Assembly: GCF_963921235.1 (NCBI RefSeq) | Contig: NC_086097.1 | Coordinates: 77,068,001 to 77,132,000, forward strand | Origin: Mobula hypostoma | Lineage: Eukaryota | Reading direction: 5' to 3' | Length of the DNA: 64,000 bases | In this document: positions 10,918 through 24,513 of the stretch, piece after piece | Layout of the letters: each line of letters starts with the position of its first letter | Numbering within the stretch: position 1 is the stretch's first letter | The notes under the pieces: model-generated | Database searches by the model: none | What the model was told of the DNA's origin: nothing | Seen by the model: the letters and a program-made list of their open reading frames with translations, nothing else | Translations under genes and position numbers: made by a program

Positions 10918-13284
10918 CTTTATAGCCAACACTCTAATCCAGACAACATCCTGGTGAACCTTCTCCAAAGTTTCCACATCCTTTGTGTAACTAAACACAA
11001 TACTTATAAATCTGTCAATTGATCAATTTTTAAAAATTAAATCAGCTCTTGAATTGGAATGATTTGCTCAGAGTCACATTTCAAGAAGCCCACACTGTGC
11101 CATCCTTCTACCTAAGCTTTGAAGGAATTTTTTAACAAGCTTTTATTAAATCAAGTCTTCTTAATAATTTTGAAGCAAGTTCCCTCACTGAACTGCAAAT
11201 TGCCTAGTGTCACACACAACATAATTTATTTATTTATTTTATTATCATTATTGGGAACTCAAGATGAGGGTCTGAAAAGATCAAAGGAGTAAATCAACAA
11301 TGGTAACAGTAAAGTTTACTGCATGAGAAAGGAAAGAACGAGGACAATAAAGCCCTGATGGTAATGGAAATCTTTCTTCCTCAAGAGGTAGACAATTGAA
11401 ATTGTAAGACTGAGATTGACTGATTATTATCAGGCAAAATTACTAAAGGACAGGCAAGTAGACAGGTGAACCTATGATCAGCCAGGTAACTTCAGGTTTG
11501 AGAGGCTATACATTTTACATTAATTTTTTTATAAAAAGGATTCAGAGTAAAAGATGACAAACTGAGTCTTTGTTTTGCAATAGTTAAGATGGAGAAAGAT
11601 GAATGTATACAACTAGATCATTTAGTGCGAGAATAACCAGAGCCAATTAAGGACCAGTTGGGATATCTACACAAGAAGGCAGAAGACTTTGGAGAGGATG
11701 TTAAAGAAAACTTTATACCTGCCTTTTCCAAGGAGGAAGAATCTGACAGTCACAGAGAAAGAGAGAAAAAAAAGAGGAAAAACAAGGCTAAACATTGAGA
11801 AAAAGAAAGAACACAAAAGACTGGTTGTACCTAAATCTGGATGAACACTTTTGTCAACAATTGAGGGAAAAGAAATAGAAGTAAAAAATACTGAGCTCCT
11901 AGTCATAAAAATGGAAATACAATAGAGAAGAAAGGGACATAGGGAAGCTAGTAGAATGATTGGACTGTGTCAGATTCAATGTAATTTAGACTGCTACAGT
12001 AATAATACGGAGAACCTGAGAAAGCTCTCCTTACTTGTCAGAATGGAGAAGCTGGGAAGTTTCCCTTAGCTGATTGAACTGGGGACAACTCTTTAAAAAC
12101 ATAGAAGATTAGATGAGTTCACAAAATTATCCAGAATCAGGCAACAAATAAAAGGAAGTTCAAGGATTAAGAAGTAGAGAACATTGCCAAGAGGAACAGT
12201 TTTCATAGTAATCTCTTATAATCTGGAATGCGCTGCTAAAATGGTACAGAAAGCACCTTTCAAAACAGTAGAGAGGAATGTGAAGGATAAAATTGGACAG
12301 AGGGAAAGGACCATTCATGTTGCTCTAGTTTAGCACAAAGTTCACACTGGCTCATGAAAGCTAAAGGCCCCTCTTCAGCGACATAAGAATTCTATGGTTC
12401 CATGAATTGGTATCATGCAAATTAACAGTAAACTATTAAACCAGAAAGGTAAGTAATGCAGATGCTGGAAATCTGAATTAGAAACAAGGTGCTTGAAATG
12501 CTCATCAGCTCTGGCAGCATCTGTAGAGAGAGGGGAAAAATGAAGCAAACTTTAGGTCAATGACCTTGCATTATGTTATTCTCTCCATACATGCTGTTTG
12601 GCCTATAGAGTATTTCTAGCATTTTCTGCTTGTGAAAAATAATTATCACTTTAACTTTTAATTTTTCCCAAAGACCAATTAACTGTGTAGAATACAGCTC
12701 ATAGGCAACATATCCAGACAGACACTGAAATGTTGCAGCCACAAAATGATTTGTGCAAAGCAGAATTAATTCACATCATATTTTTAAACAATTAAACAAT
12801 TTACATAGATCGGTCAGTTGCCCTTACTGCCAGTGCCTGTGTAGCTTGTCAACTGAGAAAATGTTTGTTTGTTGTAGGTGACCAGATTAATTTATTTTCC
12901 ATTCCTAGCCACCATGAGAATTCTGCCTATTTAAATGAAAGCTAAGACTTTCGGAAACTTTTATTAAACATGTATCACCAAAATCAATCTACACTGAAGC
13001 AACAATAATATTGACTTTACTGCATCGCTATTTAAAGATAGACAGTCCACATGGTCAATAGATTATAAAAACAAATTCTTTCAGCAAATATTATTTACTA
13101 CTGTTCAAAAACTCATTTCCATTAACAGATAAGAAATGTAATTGTGGTCATAGACAAAGTTTTATTCCATGTAGAAGTATTTTAAATGTGCAAAAAACTA
13201 ATTCAGTTAGTCATCGAATAAGGCTTACCAAAAATGTAATGCAGTAATATTAAAAACACTTCATATAAATGATATTAAGATGAA

Positions 13285-13759
13285 GTCTGGTCAAGTCACT
13301 CGTCTGAGTGCTACTGGTACCATGTAACCCAGTACTACCTGTCGCATGGTTGGGTGGTCAGCAACTAAACCGGCTCTCCCACCAGGCTTGCCTGATGCGG
13401 AGAGTGGCTAGACACCCTGCAGGACAAAAAACAAGACCTGTCAAAGGGCGGATGAACCCTCTCATAGGGTCAATGGCCATCTAGCAAACACGTGCCGTGA
13501 AGCACGGAAAGGACATCCCTTGCTTTGAAGCTTGGTCTGGCCATTCACTGCAACAGAACATCCCCCAGCTGTCTTGAACCCCACCATGCCACAGGATCCG
13601 GGAGGGGATGTCGAGAGGGTGGGTCTGGACCTGTGCAACCTCCTACTCACCGAAAATCCACTCACGCACACGTAGTTCCTTTCTGAGGAGTGGGGTACCA
13701 CCCCACTAACTGACTGAAAGGAACCATCATCATCCTATGGGATGGATAGCCAGAGAGAG
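13285..13759 (+). mobile_element. 475-bp non-autonomous retroposon (possibly RTE-related) with (AG)n tail
   Basis: 11-bp TSD ATTAAGATGAA (13274-13284, 13760-13770); GC-rich body, no long ORF; family assignment is tentative. Confidence 0.8.
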
Positions 13760-14509
13760 ATTAAGATGAATATACCTTTGTTTCAGACTATCCCAAGAAC
13801 GTGGATTATCTAACACATTTATAAAACATCAGTGCTTCAGCCTTATAGAAGGTGACCCATGATAAGTTCAAAAAGCCAAGTTTTGGTATACAGAGTGAAA
13901 CTGGGGGTGGCACACGACCCACTAAAGTTGCTTGCACATCTTTTAAGGGACTTGAAGAACTGACTGGGACTAAAACACACCACACTGCGCAGTGCAGCAC
14001 CTGGTTGCAGCTGAGATTTCACTGCCCAATCAAGAGTGCACAGGGCTAGCAAGAACAGCCTTCTGCATCCCATTCGGCATGTGAGGAGACTGGATCCAGC
14101 AAGATATAGTCCAATATCTCCTGGAAAACTGCATATGTCTGACAATACAATAATCCACCAAAAATATACTTAAGCGATAGCAGAAATGATGTACTCAAAC
14201 CAGAATTCAACCCATCAGCTTCTGGCTACTACATCGGAGTGCAGCCACGACAGAGTGAATAGCCGTTCCTTTTCTGAATGATGAGTTACGATGGATGGAA
14301 TGACCTCCTTGACCTTGCTGAACAAGTGCTTCTTAGACCTGCTGCTAAACTAAAAAAATGGTGAGTACAATTTTCAAGGGGCCTGCTCTCAAAGTTTGTT
14401 ACATTACAAACTGAGCACCAATTAGATTTAAAATTGAAAAAGGCTAGTTAACTTGAGAGCCCATTATCATCAACCAGTTGATAAAAATATTTTCAAAAAA
14501 AAATTATCT

Positions 14510-14717
14510 TGTGACATATTTTGTAGCTTCTCAGGAATGTGAGTCTAACTCCGTGTTTACTGTAAGTGAGGTATGCACATATCACGTGGTAGCGTGATAT
14601 ATGCATTTCATGTATTTATACCTAAAACCCCTAATGAATTAGTTAAATAAACAAGAATGTTTAGTCAACCAATACACAAGATTACTAAAATATTATTGAA
14701 ATATTAAATACACAACA
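14510..14717 (-). mobile_element. Possible solo LTR
   Basis: TGT...ACA termini and an internal TATAAAT on the minus strand; no convincing TSD. Confidence 0.4.
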
Positions 14718-15199
14718 CCCTACATATCTTAACTTTTTGGACTACAATCATAATTAACTGAAAAATAAAAAAAATTATAATTTCAACAGACCCTATTGAC
14801 TAATATCCACAGTCTTTGTAAAAATGACAGCTCAAGGTTAGGGTTTTGATCTATAACAAAACACTCAGTTGCAATTTATAACAAGACTGACAAGAGCTGA
14901 AGACCTGCCTGTGTCCTTGAAAGTCCTTCATCTTCCTGTGCCCTTTAGACCATAAGATCATAAGACATAGGAGTTGAATTAGCCCATTCAGTCCATTAAG
15001 TCCACTCTGCCATTCCATCATGGCTGATTTATTGTCCCTCTCAGTCCCATTCTTCTGCTTTCTCTGTGTAACCTTTGACACCCTTACTAATCAAGACCTA
15101 TCAATCTCCACTTTAAGTATGTCAGCCATCTGAGAATTATTGACTACTAGAGGGAAATTGAACTGAAGTAAGATAATAATGGGAACTTAACAACTGCCG

Positions 15200-17890
15200 A
15201 TTAACAGGAAGGTTGGTGGAGTTGTGGATAGCGTAGAAGTTTGTTGTATGTTACAACGGGACAGCGACAGGAGGCTGAGCTGAGCTGAGGGGTAGCAGAA
15301 AAACCAGAAAAGTGTGAAGTGATTTACGTTGTAAACTCCAATTTGAAGACAGAATACAGGACTAATGACAGGATTCTTAGCAATGTGGAGGAACAGAGGG
15401 ATCTTAGAGTTCACATCCGTAGATCCTTCAAAGTTGCCAAGAAAGTTGAGAGTGTGGTTAAGAAAGTGTATGGTGATTTGGCCTTCATTAGTCAGGGAAT
15501 TGAGTTCAAAAGCCATGAGATGAGGTTGCAGCTTTATAAAACCCTGGTTATACAACATTTGGAATATTATGTTCAGTTCTGATCATCTCATTGTAGGAAG
15601 GATGTGGAAGCTTCTAAGAGGGCCCAGAGGAGATTTATCAGGATGCTGCCTGGATTAGACAGCATGTCATATGAGGACAGGGCTTTTCTCTTTGGATCAA
15701 AGCAGGATGAGAGGCAACTTGATAGAGGTGGACAATCAGTGGCCCACTTTTTGTTTGTGTCCAGCTGTACACCCACTTGTTAATGCAAATATCTAATCAG
15801 CTAATCATGTGACAAGCAAATAACTCTTCCTTAATGTCAACAAGACAAGGAGATGGTTATCGACTTCAGGACAACTTGCACCACTCACACCCCTCTTTAC
15901 ATTTTGCAGCACAGCAATGAAACTGTAAGCAGTTTCAAACTCCTGGGTGTGCATACCCGTCATACAACCTCTCATGGTCCCAGTACATTTCTACACAATC
16001 AAGAAAGCTCACCAACACCTCTACTTTTGGAGGAGGCTGAAGAGAGCTGGAATATGCACATCAATACTTACATCCTTCTAAATATGTGCGGTAGAGAATC
16101 TTAACACGTTGCACCTCCACGTGGTACAGAAACTGTACTGTGGTGGGTAGGCTGCCTAATGCTTTACCAGCACCAGACTACCCACCATCAAAGGCATGTA
16201 TACAGAATGGTGCTGGGAAAAGGCCAGCAACATCATGAAGGATCTCACCCACCCTGCTCATGGACTGTTTGTCTCACTCCTATCAGGGAGGAGCTACATG
16301 GTCTCCACGCCAGGACCACCAGACTCAAAAACAGTTACTTTCTCCAAGCAGTAAAACTGATCAACATCTCTATTCCCCCCCCAACTCACCTTGCCCCACC
16401 ACACTACTTTATCATTTCCTGTCAGAATCACCTTATGTACAGACACTCCTGTAACTAGCGTCACGTTATATACATATAAATAATTTAAGTATGTATTTAT
16501 CATGTTTCTTTTATTATTGTGTTCTTTATCTTAGCGTGTCTTTTATCTGCTGCATCAGATCCAGAGTAACAATTAGTTTGTTCTCTTTTACACTTATGTA
16601 TTGGAAACAACATTGAACTCAATACATAAAAGCATGCAGACAGGGTCAAGAGATTCAGTTGCTGTTCAGACCAAACATCAGAATGTGGAAGAAATGGACT
16701 TTGATTGTGGAACAATTGTTGGTGCCTGACAGGGTGATTTGAGTATCTCAGATACGGCTGATCTCCTGGGATTTTCACACACAGCAGTCTCTAGACTTTA
16801 CAGAGAAAGGTGCAAAAAACAAAACACATCCAGTGAGCAGCAGTTCTGTGGGTGAAAACTCCTTGTTAATAAGAGAGATCAGAGGAGAAAAGTCAGAATG
16901 GTTCAACATGACAGGAAGGCAACTGTAATTCAAATACCCACATATTACAACAGTGATGTGCAGAAGAGCATCTCTGATCAACACACCAAACTTTGAAGTG
17001 GATGGATAGGCTACAACAGCAGAAGACCACAAACATACAACCAGTGGCCATGTTATTAGGTACAGGAAACACCAAGTAAAGTGGCCACTGAACGTAGATC
17101 GAGTTGATAGCCAGAGATTTTTCCCAGGGTGGAAATGGCTAATACCAGGGAACATAATTTTAAGGTGAGTGGGACTCCATTTCGCCAATTAAAGCTTCCA
17201 CAGTTTGCCAATCAAGGAGGGAGACTGAAACATAGAGGTAAATGTGGAGGTGAGCGCCAGCTGCCTGCCTTTAGACTGCTGGGCAGCGCTCTGTGACCTG
17301 AGAGAGGAGAGCCAGCCACTGTGCCCGGAAAGTGTTACCCAGGTTTTCTGCGTTTTAGATGTGGACTTGAACTACAGACTTTTCTTTTCAGTCTTACAGT
17401 TCTTTATATTATGTGATATGTGTTTTTTACCCAATCTTTCTCGTTTTTTTGTGTGCAGGGGTGGGGGATTTGGGGGCTGATGTGCCTTTCTGATTTTTAT
17501 TCATTTTTTTGTGTGGGGAGGGAAGATTTGGGGGTTGATGATCATGCTGCCGTTCTTTTTCTTTCTTAGTTTCGCGGCTATCCGGAGAAGAAGAATTTCA
17601 GAGTTGTACACTTTGATAATAAATAAACGTTTGAACCTTTGAAAGTATGGGGGAGATTTCGGAGAAAAGTTTATTCTTATACGGAGATTCGTGGGTGCAT
17701 GGAATATCCAGCCATGTGCAGTGGTAAAGCTAGATACATTAGTGACATTTAAAATAATCTTAAACAGGCACATGGATGATAGAAAAATACAGGGCTATGG
17801 AGGGAAGGGTTAAATTGATCATTGAGTTGGTTAAAAAGTCAGTACAACATCGTGGGCCAAAGGACCTGTACTATCCTGTAGTGTTCTAAG
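15200..17890 (+). mobile_element. Nested cluster: CR1 3' region host, Tc1-type MITE (~15735-17090), Rex/L2 3' fragment (~15815-16620), another retroposon (~17170-17642)
   Basis: CR1 'LQLYKTLV..HLEYYVQF' at ~15530-15580, with CR1 resuming at ~17095 and ~17645. Tc1 TIR-like CAGTGGCC(C)ACTTT / AAAGTGGCCACTG. Rex-type 'LNVNKTREMVIDFR' and 'TTRLKNSYF.QAV'. Confidence 0.8.
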
Positions 17891-20800
17891 TTCTTAACAC
17901 TGCATACTAATCCAAAGAGTATTAACTAACCTAGCACTGGGTCAATTAAATTAGGTTCAGTATTAAATCTATTTAAAATCATTAACCAGATCAAACTGCA
18001 ATTCACAAGAATAATGCTAACACAACACAATGTAATCGGTTGTGTCAAAATTCAAATAAGCCATATTTTTCGGAGCAAAAAAATAGTAAGATCTTCCATC
18101 TCCAGTTAGCTACTCATTTATTATAATCTTCACACCTGTTTTCTAAGCCAGAGACAATTTTCCTCAAGTTAAGATTTTGCACCTGTCCACAAACTGACAC
18201 AGTAGATAATCCTTCAACATCTGCAACATACCAGCCATGGGCACCCACATCGCTATGACAGTCCATGCCAAAAGCAGAAAGTAATCTGTGGCAACAGCCA
18301 AACTAAGCACACACATGGAAGTGCACTGAGCCAGGGCACGAGATTGCAGAGTGCCTTGCAGGTTCACATCTCATGAGAAAGTACCACTTGGAGACATACA
18401 TGGATGCTGTGCCCAAGAGAAATGCTCCACACTGTGAATGCTCTGATGCACTTTATGATCATGGCCTGAAGTTTAACAACTCATGAAACAGATCTTGAAC
18501 TCATCTCCTCAAAAGGAATACAGCATTGTTCCTAAACTGAGTATTTTCCTATAGATAAAAATAAATCATGTCTTTTGGTGTATAATGCAATGGCTTGAGA
18601 ATGCTACAAATATTCTATTCAATTTTGTAGATTGATGGCACAAGATAATCCTTTTCATCTCACAATCTTTCCACAACTGTTGGTGTGCAAAATACCATCC
18701 AAAGAAGCAATTAAAGACCAAATGTGAATTTGGTTTAGTCCCAGAAATGCTGGCTATCTTTCTGTAATTTAACACATTAAATATTACAGAAAATCCTTCA
18801 AATTCAGTTTGTGGCAAAAAAAATTACCTGAATATAATAGTAATACTTGATTTATACTTATGCCATGGCTAGAGGCTGTGTCATTAAAAGTCTGGGATCC
18901 ATGTCTGATCCTTCGTGAGAGTACTTCTGTTTCAGTGGTGTTCTCATAATTACTGCACGTGTCATGAAAGCCATGGTAACAGCTTCCTTTCGCTGGAATA
19001 GTATCTTGGGATGGACTATCCCATTTGAAGCCTGTTTTACAAGCATACAACTAAGATGCTGGATGCATTGCTTTCTGGTAGGAAAAAAGTGATGGTAACA
19101 ACATATTGAATAGCAGCTTTTGCTTCATTAATTGTGCTACAAATACACTTGCTTCTCACTCTTCAGCTCTGGAGGATACAAATTAATTGTGTATTAAATG
19201 GAGCAGAGTAACTTCCAAAATGAGCTGATAACTTGCACAATTTCAAGCTTAAGGTTGAGAAATTATGCCATCTCTGAGCTGAGTATTCCAGAGCTCAGTA
19301 CTGAGTTCCCAACTGTTATTACTATAAACCAGCTGAGATTCAGAAATTCACACAAGCTGGCCAAGTCAACAGATGGTATGAAGCTGATAGGAAAGAAACG
19401 TCTTACATACATAGAACTTCAGCATCAATAAAGTTGAATATTTTACTCTACAGGACAAGAGTAAAATATTGACGTTTGGAGATTTGTAGTCAAATAGAAA
19501 ATCATAAGAAGGGTGACAAAAGCAAGTATATAAAAGACTTCAAGGTTATTCCTGACAATAAGGCAAAATATAGATTCAAATTGGTGAAGGCTGAAAATGC
19601 TTATCACATGCTTAAAATGGATATGTGGAATATAGCAAAGATGAAAACTAAATCATTCAAGCACAACTGTAATTTTTTTTCTCTTTTTAACCAGATGAAC
19701 TAATATTGATGAAAGTATGTTTGCCGGCCATATTTATTTTGGAAATATTTGATGTTTCAGAAGCCACTTTAGATGGTCAATCAGGCAGTGCCCAAAGCAG
19801 AATATTTGTTTATTATTATCATTGAATTGCTTCATCAAAGACTCCTGCAGCTGAAATTGAGAAAATTACTTTATCTTGTCAGTGCAGTGACCTGAAGAGT
19901 TTAATCCAGAACATCCTTTGTTATGGTGCTACAGACCTCAGGAAAAATTTTCAATTCATATATTTCAATACCAATCAATGAAGAATATCAAATAAAACTT
20001 GTATTATCAGCAAAGAACTTGAATCTCCAATTCAAACTCATTTTTTAAAATAGGTATTAATGACATTTTGCTCTGTGGCCATTCCACACTGAAATTCCTA
20101 ATAAACTATAGTTTGCATATACAGTATGCTGCCTTTGACCAAGATAAATGACATCTGCCTGACAGTGATCAACACTACTGCAGGTTCAGGTTAACAATTT
20201 TTTTTTGACAAAAGGCAGGACAGTGGAGTCTTTTTCCCTGTGCAGTGGATTTTGACAAATATCTTTTCAGATTTAACCTTCGGAGTGTATCCTTCGAAAC
20301 TGTTCAGAAAATCGATTTACATTATATTCCTGTAGGTGAGTTTTCTTGGCACTGTTTTCATGGAAGCTACCTTAATAACAGAAAGCAAGATCTTGAAGTG
20401 GTTGTGGGGAGAAAAAGGTACATTAAAAATGAAAGAACATATCATGAGAAGCCACCCTAACCCTAAAGACAACCATGATCAAAAGAGGAGGCTAACAATG
20501 GGCATAGTCTATGCAGAATCATGGATTTTTGAGGCCAATCAACTCACAGACAAAATGTTCCTGGTTTTTGAAAGAGCATATTGCCAGATGCTATTCGACA
20601 GGAACAGAGATGATTTGCTAATATTATAACTGTCTTGTCACATTTTAGATGTCCTTCAGACATTCCTTAATGTAAATTTGTGATACATTTGAGTAAAAAG
20701 TACAAAGATACAAAGCATGTGCTAAAAATAAGACCTTGTAATTTTTTAATAAAATGTCAAATGTAACAATTACAATATTTATAATTCTATGGACTTCATC

Positions 20801-22979
20801 AAAGAAAACAGATGGGGATGATGAAGACAACAATGATATAAAATATAAGATACTGATACAACTGAAGGGAAGGTTCATTAAGACCCCCTGGAAAACAAGC
20901 CTGCACATAAAATATTTTGTTCTTTTAAAGATTTGAGAATATTATGCCCTAAACAACATTTCTATTTTATACTACTTCAGTTTGCCTTTAATAGCAGTAA
21001 TTTGACTTAATTTCTTCTACGAAATAATAAAACACATATTCTCAATAAAGTAACTTAAAAAAATTGTGAAATCTTCCATAATCAACATAATTGGCAATAT
21101 GGAAGTGATAACCAGGGAACAAACGAACAGCACTGATCACAGGTATCCGGTATGTTGAGTATCGACACATGACAAATTTCAAGACCAGACCACAAAGCTC
21201 TTCCTTACTTATCTTACTTCTCCACAACATCTGCTTAATTATGCAGACAGATGTCAAGTAGCTTGCAAAGAATCTTGTTTCAATTTAGTTCTTTTCCATA
21301 AACTTTAATTGCAATGTTCATAAATCACTTTTTACCAATCATAACACTTCATGACCTATTTTGATACCAAGTTTTAATCAAAACGGTAGATGACATTTAG
21401 CATTGTTTCAGTGAATACACAGCAACCTTCAATTTAAATTAGAAAACTTATCATTGTTCAATAAAATTGAAATCAATGTATTCATTGGAATTTACTTTTT
21501 TTCCTCTATTTGAGATGACTTGTCGATGGATATTAGCTATATATCAAGGTATCACCATATTTAACGACAGAGGTCAGTGCTTAAAAAGATTCACGGATAC
21601 TTACAGGCAAAAAATCCTTCACTTTGACATAAAGACCTTCCACTCTGTCTCTAACATAAACTTAAAGAAAAAGATTAAATTAATGTTTCATTATTTAGCA
21701 GCAATTTACCATTTGTTCTTGTACGCAATCACAGAAGAAATAGGTCAAGTGAACTTGCACATAGCAAGAAATCAAATATTGTAAAATAAATAAAGTTATT
21801 GCAATTAAATGTTTAGCTTTCTATTAACTAGATAATCGGGTTAAATGATATGAAACACTTACAGCCAAATGAGCCAACATACCTGAATGTAAGTACTTTT
21901 TGAGTTCTGCAGAAAATAACAGCTTAATCTGGAGTCTATTAAATATTAAACAAAGCTTAAACATGAAAAAGTCAACTATAAATGCTACTTAGACTTATAG
22001 TATAAATCAGCTGACTAGTTTTGGATTATGAATGAAGAAAAAAGTGCCAGTTGATGTTTTTCGAAAATAGCTGTGCAAAATGCATGTGCTGCAGCAAGTT
22101 TTAATGGATTACTGCTGTTGTTTCAGGCTGTTATATTCAGATGTTTTAGAAGGAATAGCTGATGGAAGTAGAAATATTAGATGGCAGACCATATGCTAAG
22201 AGCTCAAACAAAAAAGTTATTGGCCAAAACTACATGGGTAGGGCGAACAAAAAACAGAAAGCAAAAGTTCAGCGGCAACCATTGTTCAAAATAACTGAAA
22301 TAACTGGTGCTATGTCTCAAGTCAAAATGGATCACAAATTTTTCCAACTGTGATCCTTTATACATTTACCAAAAAGTATAAACCATCTTTACCATGCCAT
22401 ATAGTTCTAATGTGAACTAGCTCATATGCTCTTGTGGGGAAAAAAGTGAGTAAAGTGCACTGCAATATATATATGAGGCTATAAAGACTGCCCCGGCTGC
22501 TGTGTTTCGTGGCCGCTAATATGACAAACTAATAAACAGGGCTCCAGGCTGCTCTGGGGCTCAGGTCTCAGATCAGAGGATTCAGTTTTGATTTGGAATG
22601 CTGTTGTTGTTCGCTTCAATTGTTTATTTTTTTCTTGTGTAATTTATAAATTATTTGATAGTAAATGTATTTGAATCTTGAAATGTGCACCTGAAAAGTA
22701 GTTATCCTATTTTTTCTTAAAAATTTCCTTAAGGCAGTGACTATCCCGATACTTTTGAGGCCAAATAGAACTGCACAATGCATGCGTGCCAAGCATTATC
22801 ATAAGTGTGAATTTAAGAAAAGTCCAAATCTTCTTCTTGGAAAAGGAAGCCAAACAAAAAATCAAATGTGAAATACTGCGTGGTCTTCCAATGGAATTAT
22901 CCGACGTACACTACCTTTTGCCCCAGATCTTTCTCATATTCTTTTCTTTGTGAATGCTTATTCAATTTTCTTTTGGACA

Positions 22980-23900
22980 ATAAAGTTTGCAGACAATATG
23001 GAGATTGGTGGAGGGGCATGTAGTTTTGAGGAAGTAGCAAGGCTACAGAAGGACTTAGATTAGGAGATTGGGCCAAGAAATGGCAGATGGAATGTAGTGT
23101 CAGGAAGTGCATAGTCACGCACTTTGGTAGGAGAAATGAAAGGGTAGACCATTTTATAAATGGAGAGAAAATACAAAAAAAACTGATGTGCAACAGGACT
23201 TGAGGGTCCTTGTCCAGGATTCCCTAAAGTTTAATTTGCAGGTTGAGTTTGTGGTGAGGAAGGCAAATGCAAATGAGTATTCATTTCAAGAGGACTAGAA
23301 TATAGAAGCAATGATGTAACTTTGAGACTTTATAAAGCACTGGTGAGGCCTCACTTGGAGCACTGTGAGCAGTTTTGGGCCCCTTATCTTAGATAGGATG
23401 TGCTGAAACTGGACAGGGTTCAAAAGAGTTTTGCGAAATTATTCCAGGATTGAATGGGCTTGTCATATGAAGAGTGTTTGATGGCTCTGAGCCTGTATTC
23501 ACTGGAATTTAGAAGAATGAGGAGTTACCTAAATGAAACCTATCAAATGGTGAAAGGCCTTGATAGAGTGAATGTGGAAAGAATGTTTCCTACATTGGGA
23601 GTGTCCAAACCCAGAGGGCACAGCCTCAGAATAGAGGGGTATCCTTTTAGAACAGAGATTAGGAGGAATATTTTTCACCAGAGAGTACTGAATCTGTGGA
23701 ATTTGTTGCCACAGGCAGCTGTGGAGGCCAAGTCATACTTATACTTAAAGAAGAGGTTGATATATTCTTGATTGGTCAGAGCCTGAAGGGATACAGGGAT
23801 AAGGCAGGAGTTTGGGGCTGAGAGGAAAATTGGATCAGCCATGATGAAATGGCGGAGCAGACTCAATGGGCCAAATGGCCTAATTCTGCTCCTATATCTT
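22980..23900 (+). mobile_element. CR1 LINE 3' fragment
   Basis: 'KFADN', '[11 protein letters not shown]', ORF 23454-23771 (YSLEFRR...RGHSLRI...QRVLNLWN), and the CR1 3' UTR with ATGGGCCAAATGGCCT. Confidence 0.9.
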
Positions 23901-23964
23901 ATACAGCACTTTATTTATTTATTGCAATGCAACACTTCCGGCCCTTCGACCTGTGCTACCAGCA

Positions 23965-24513
23965 ACCCCAACTGTGCAAAAGTCTTAGCACATCTATTTA
24001 GCTAGAGTGCCTAGACTTTTGCACAGTACTGTAGTAATTTTATACATTGCACCATACTGCTGCAAAAAAAAAACCTAATTTGATGACATATGTGAGTGAT
24101 GATAAACCTCATTCTGATATTGGTGTCTATTGTGGATTGAGAGTGGGAAGGGGGCAGGGAGAGGGGAATCATGATTGGGAAAAGGGGAAGGGAGAGGGGA
24201 GGGAGCAGGAAGCACCAGAGAGACATTATGTAATGATCAATAACCCAATTGTTTGGAATCAAATGACCTTGCCTGGTGTCTCAGGGCTGGGTGTGTCTGC
24301 ACCCGTGCTGCCCTCCACCCCTGGCACTCCTTCTCTGGCACCTGTCCCACACCCCTCCCTCAGCTCTCCACCCTCACCATTTCTAACACGCTTTGCTCCC
24401 ACCAGATTTACAAACTCACTCTCCACTCCACATTGACAAATACAGTACTGTACAAAAGCCTTAGCCACCCTAGGTATATATATGTGTGCCTAAGGCTTTT
24501 GTACAATACTGTA
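23965..24513. mobile_element. Tc1/mariner-type composite bounded by two ~70-bp palindromic mini-elements
   Basis: The TIR motif (CAGT)ACTGT(G/A)CAAAAG(T/C)CTTAG occurs four times as two inverted pairs (~23971-24033 and 24443-24511); TA flanks the right unit. Confidence 0.7.
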
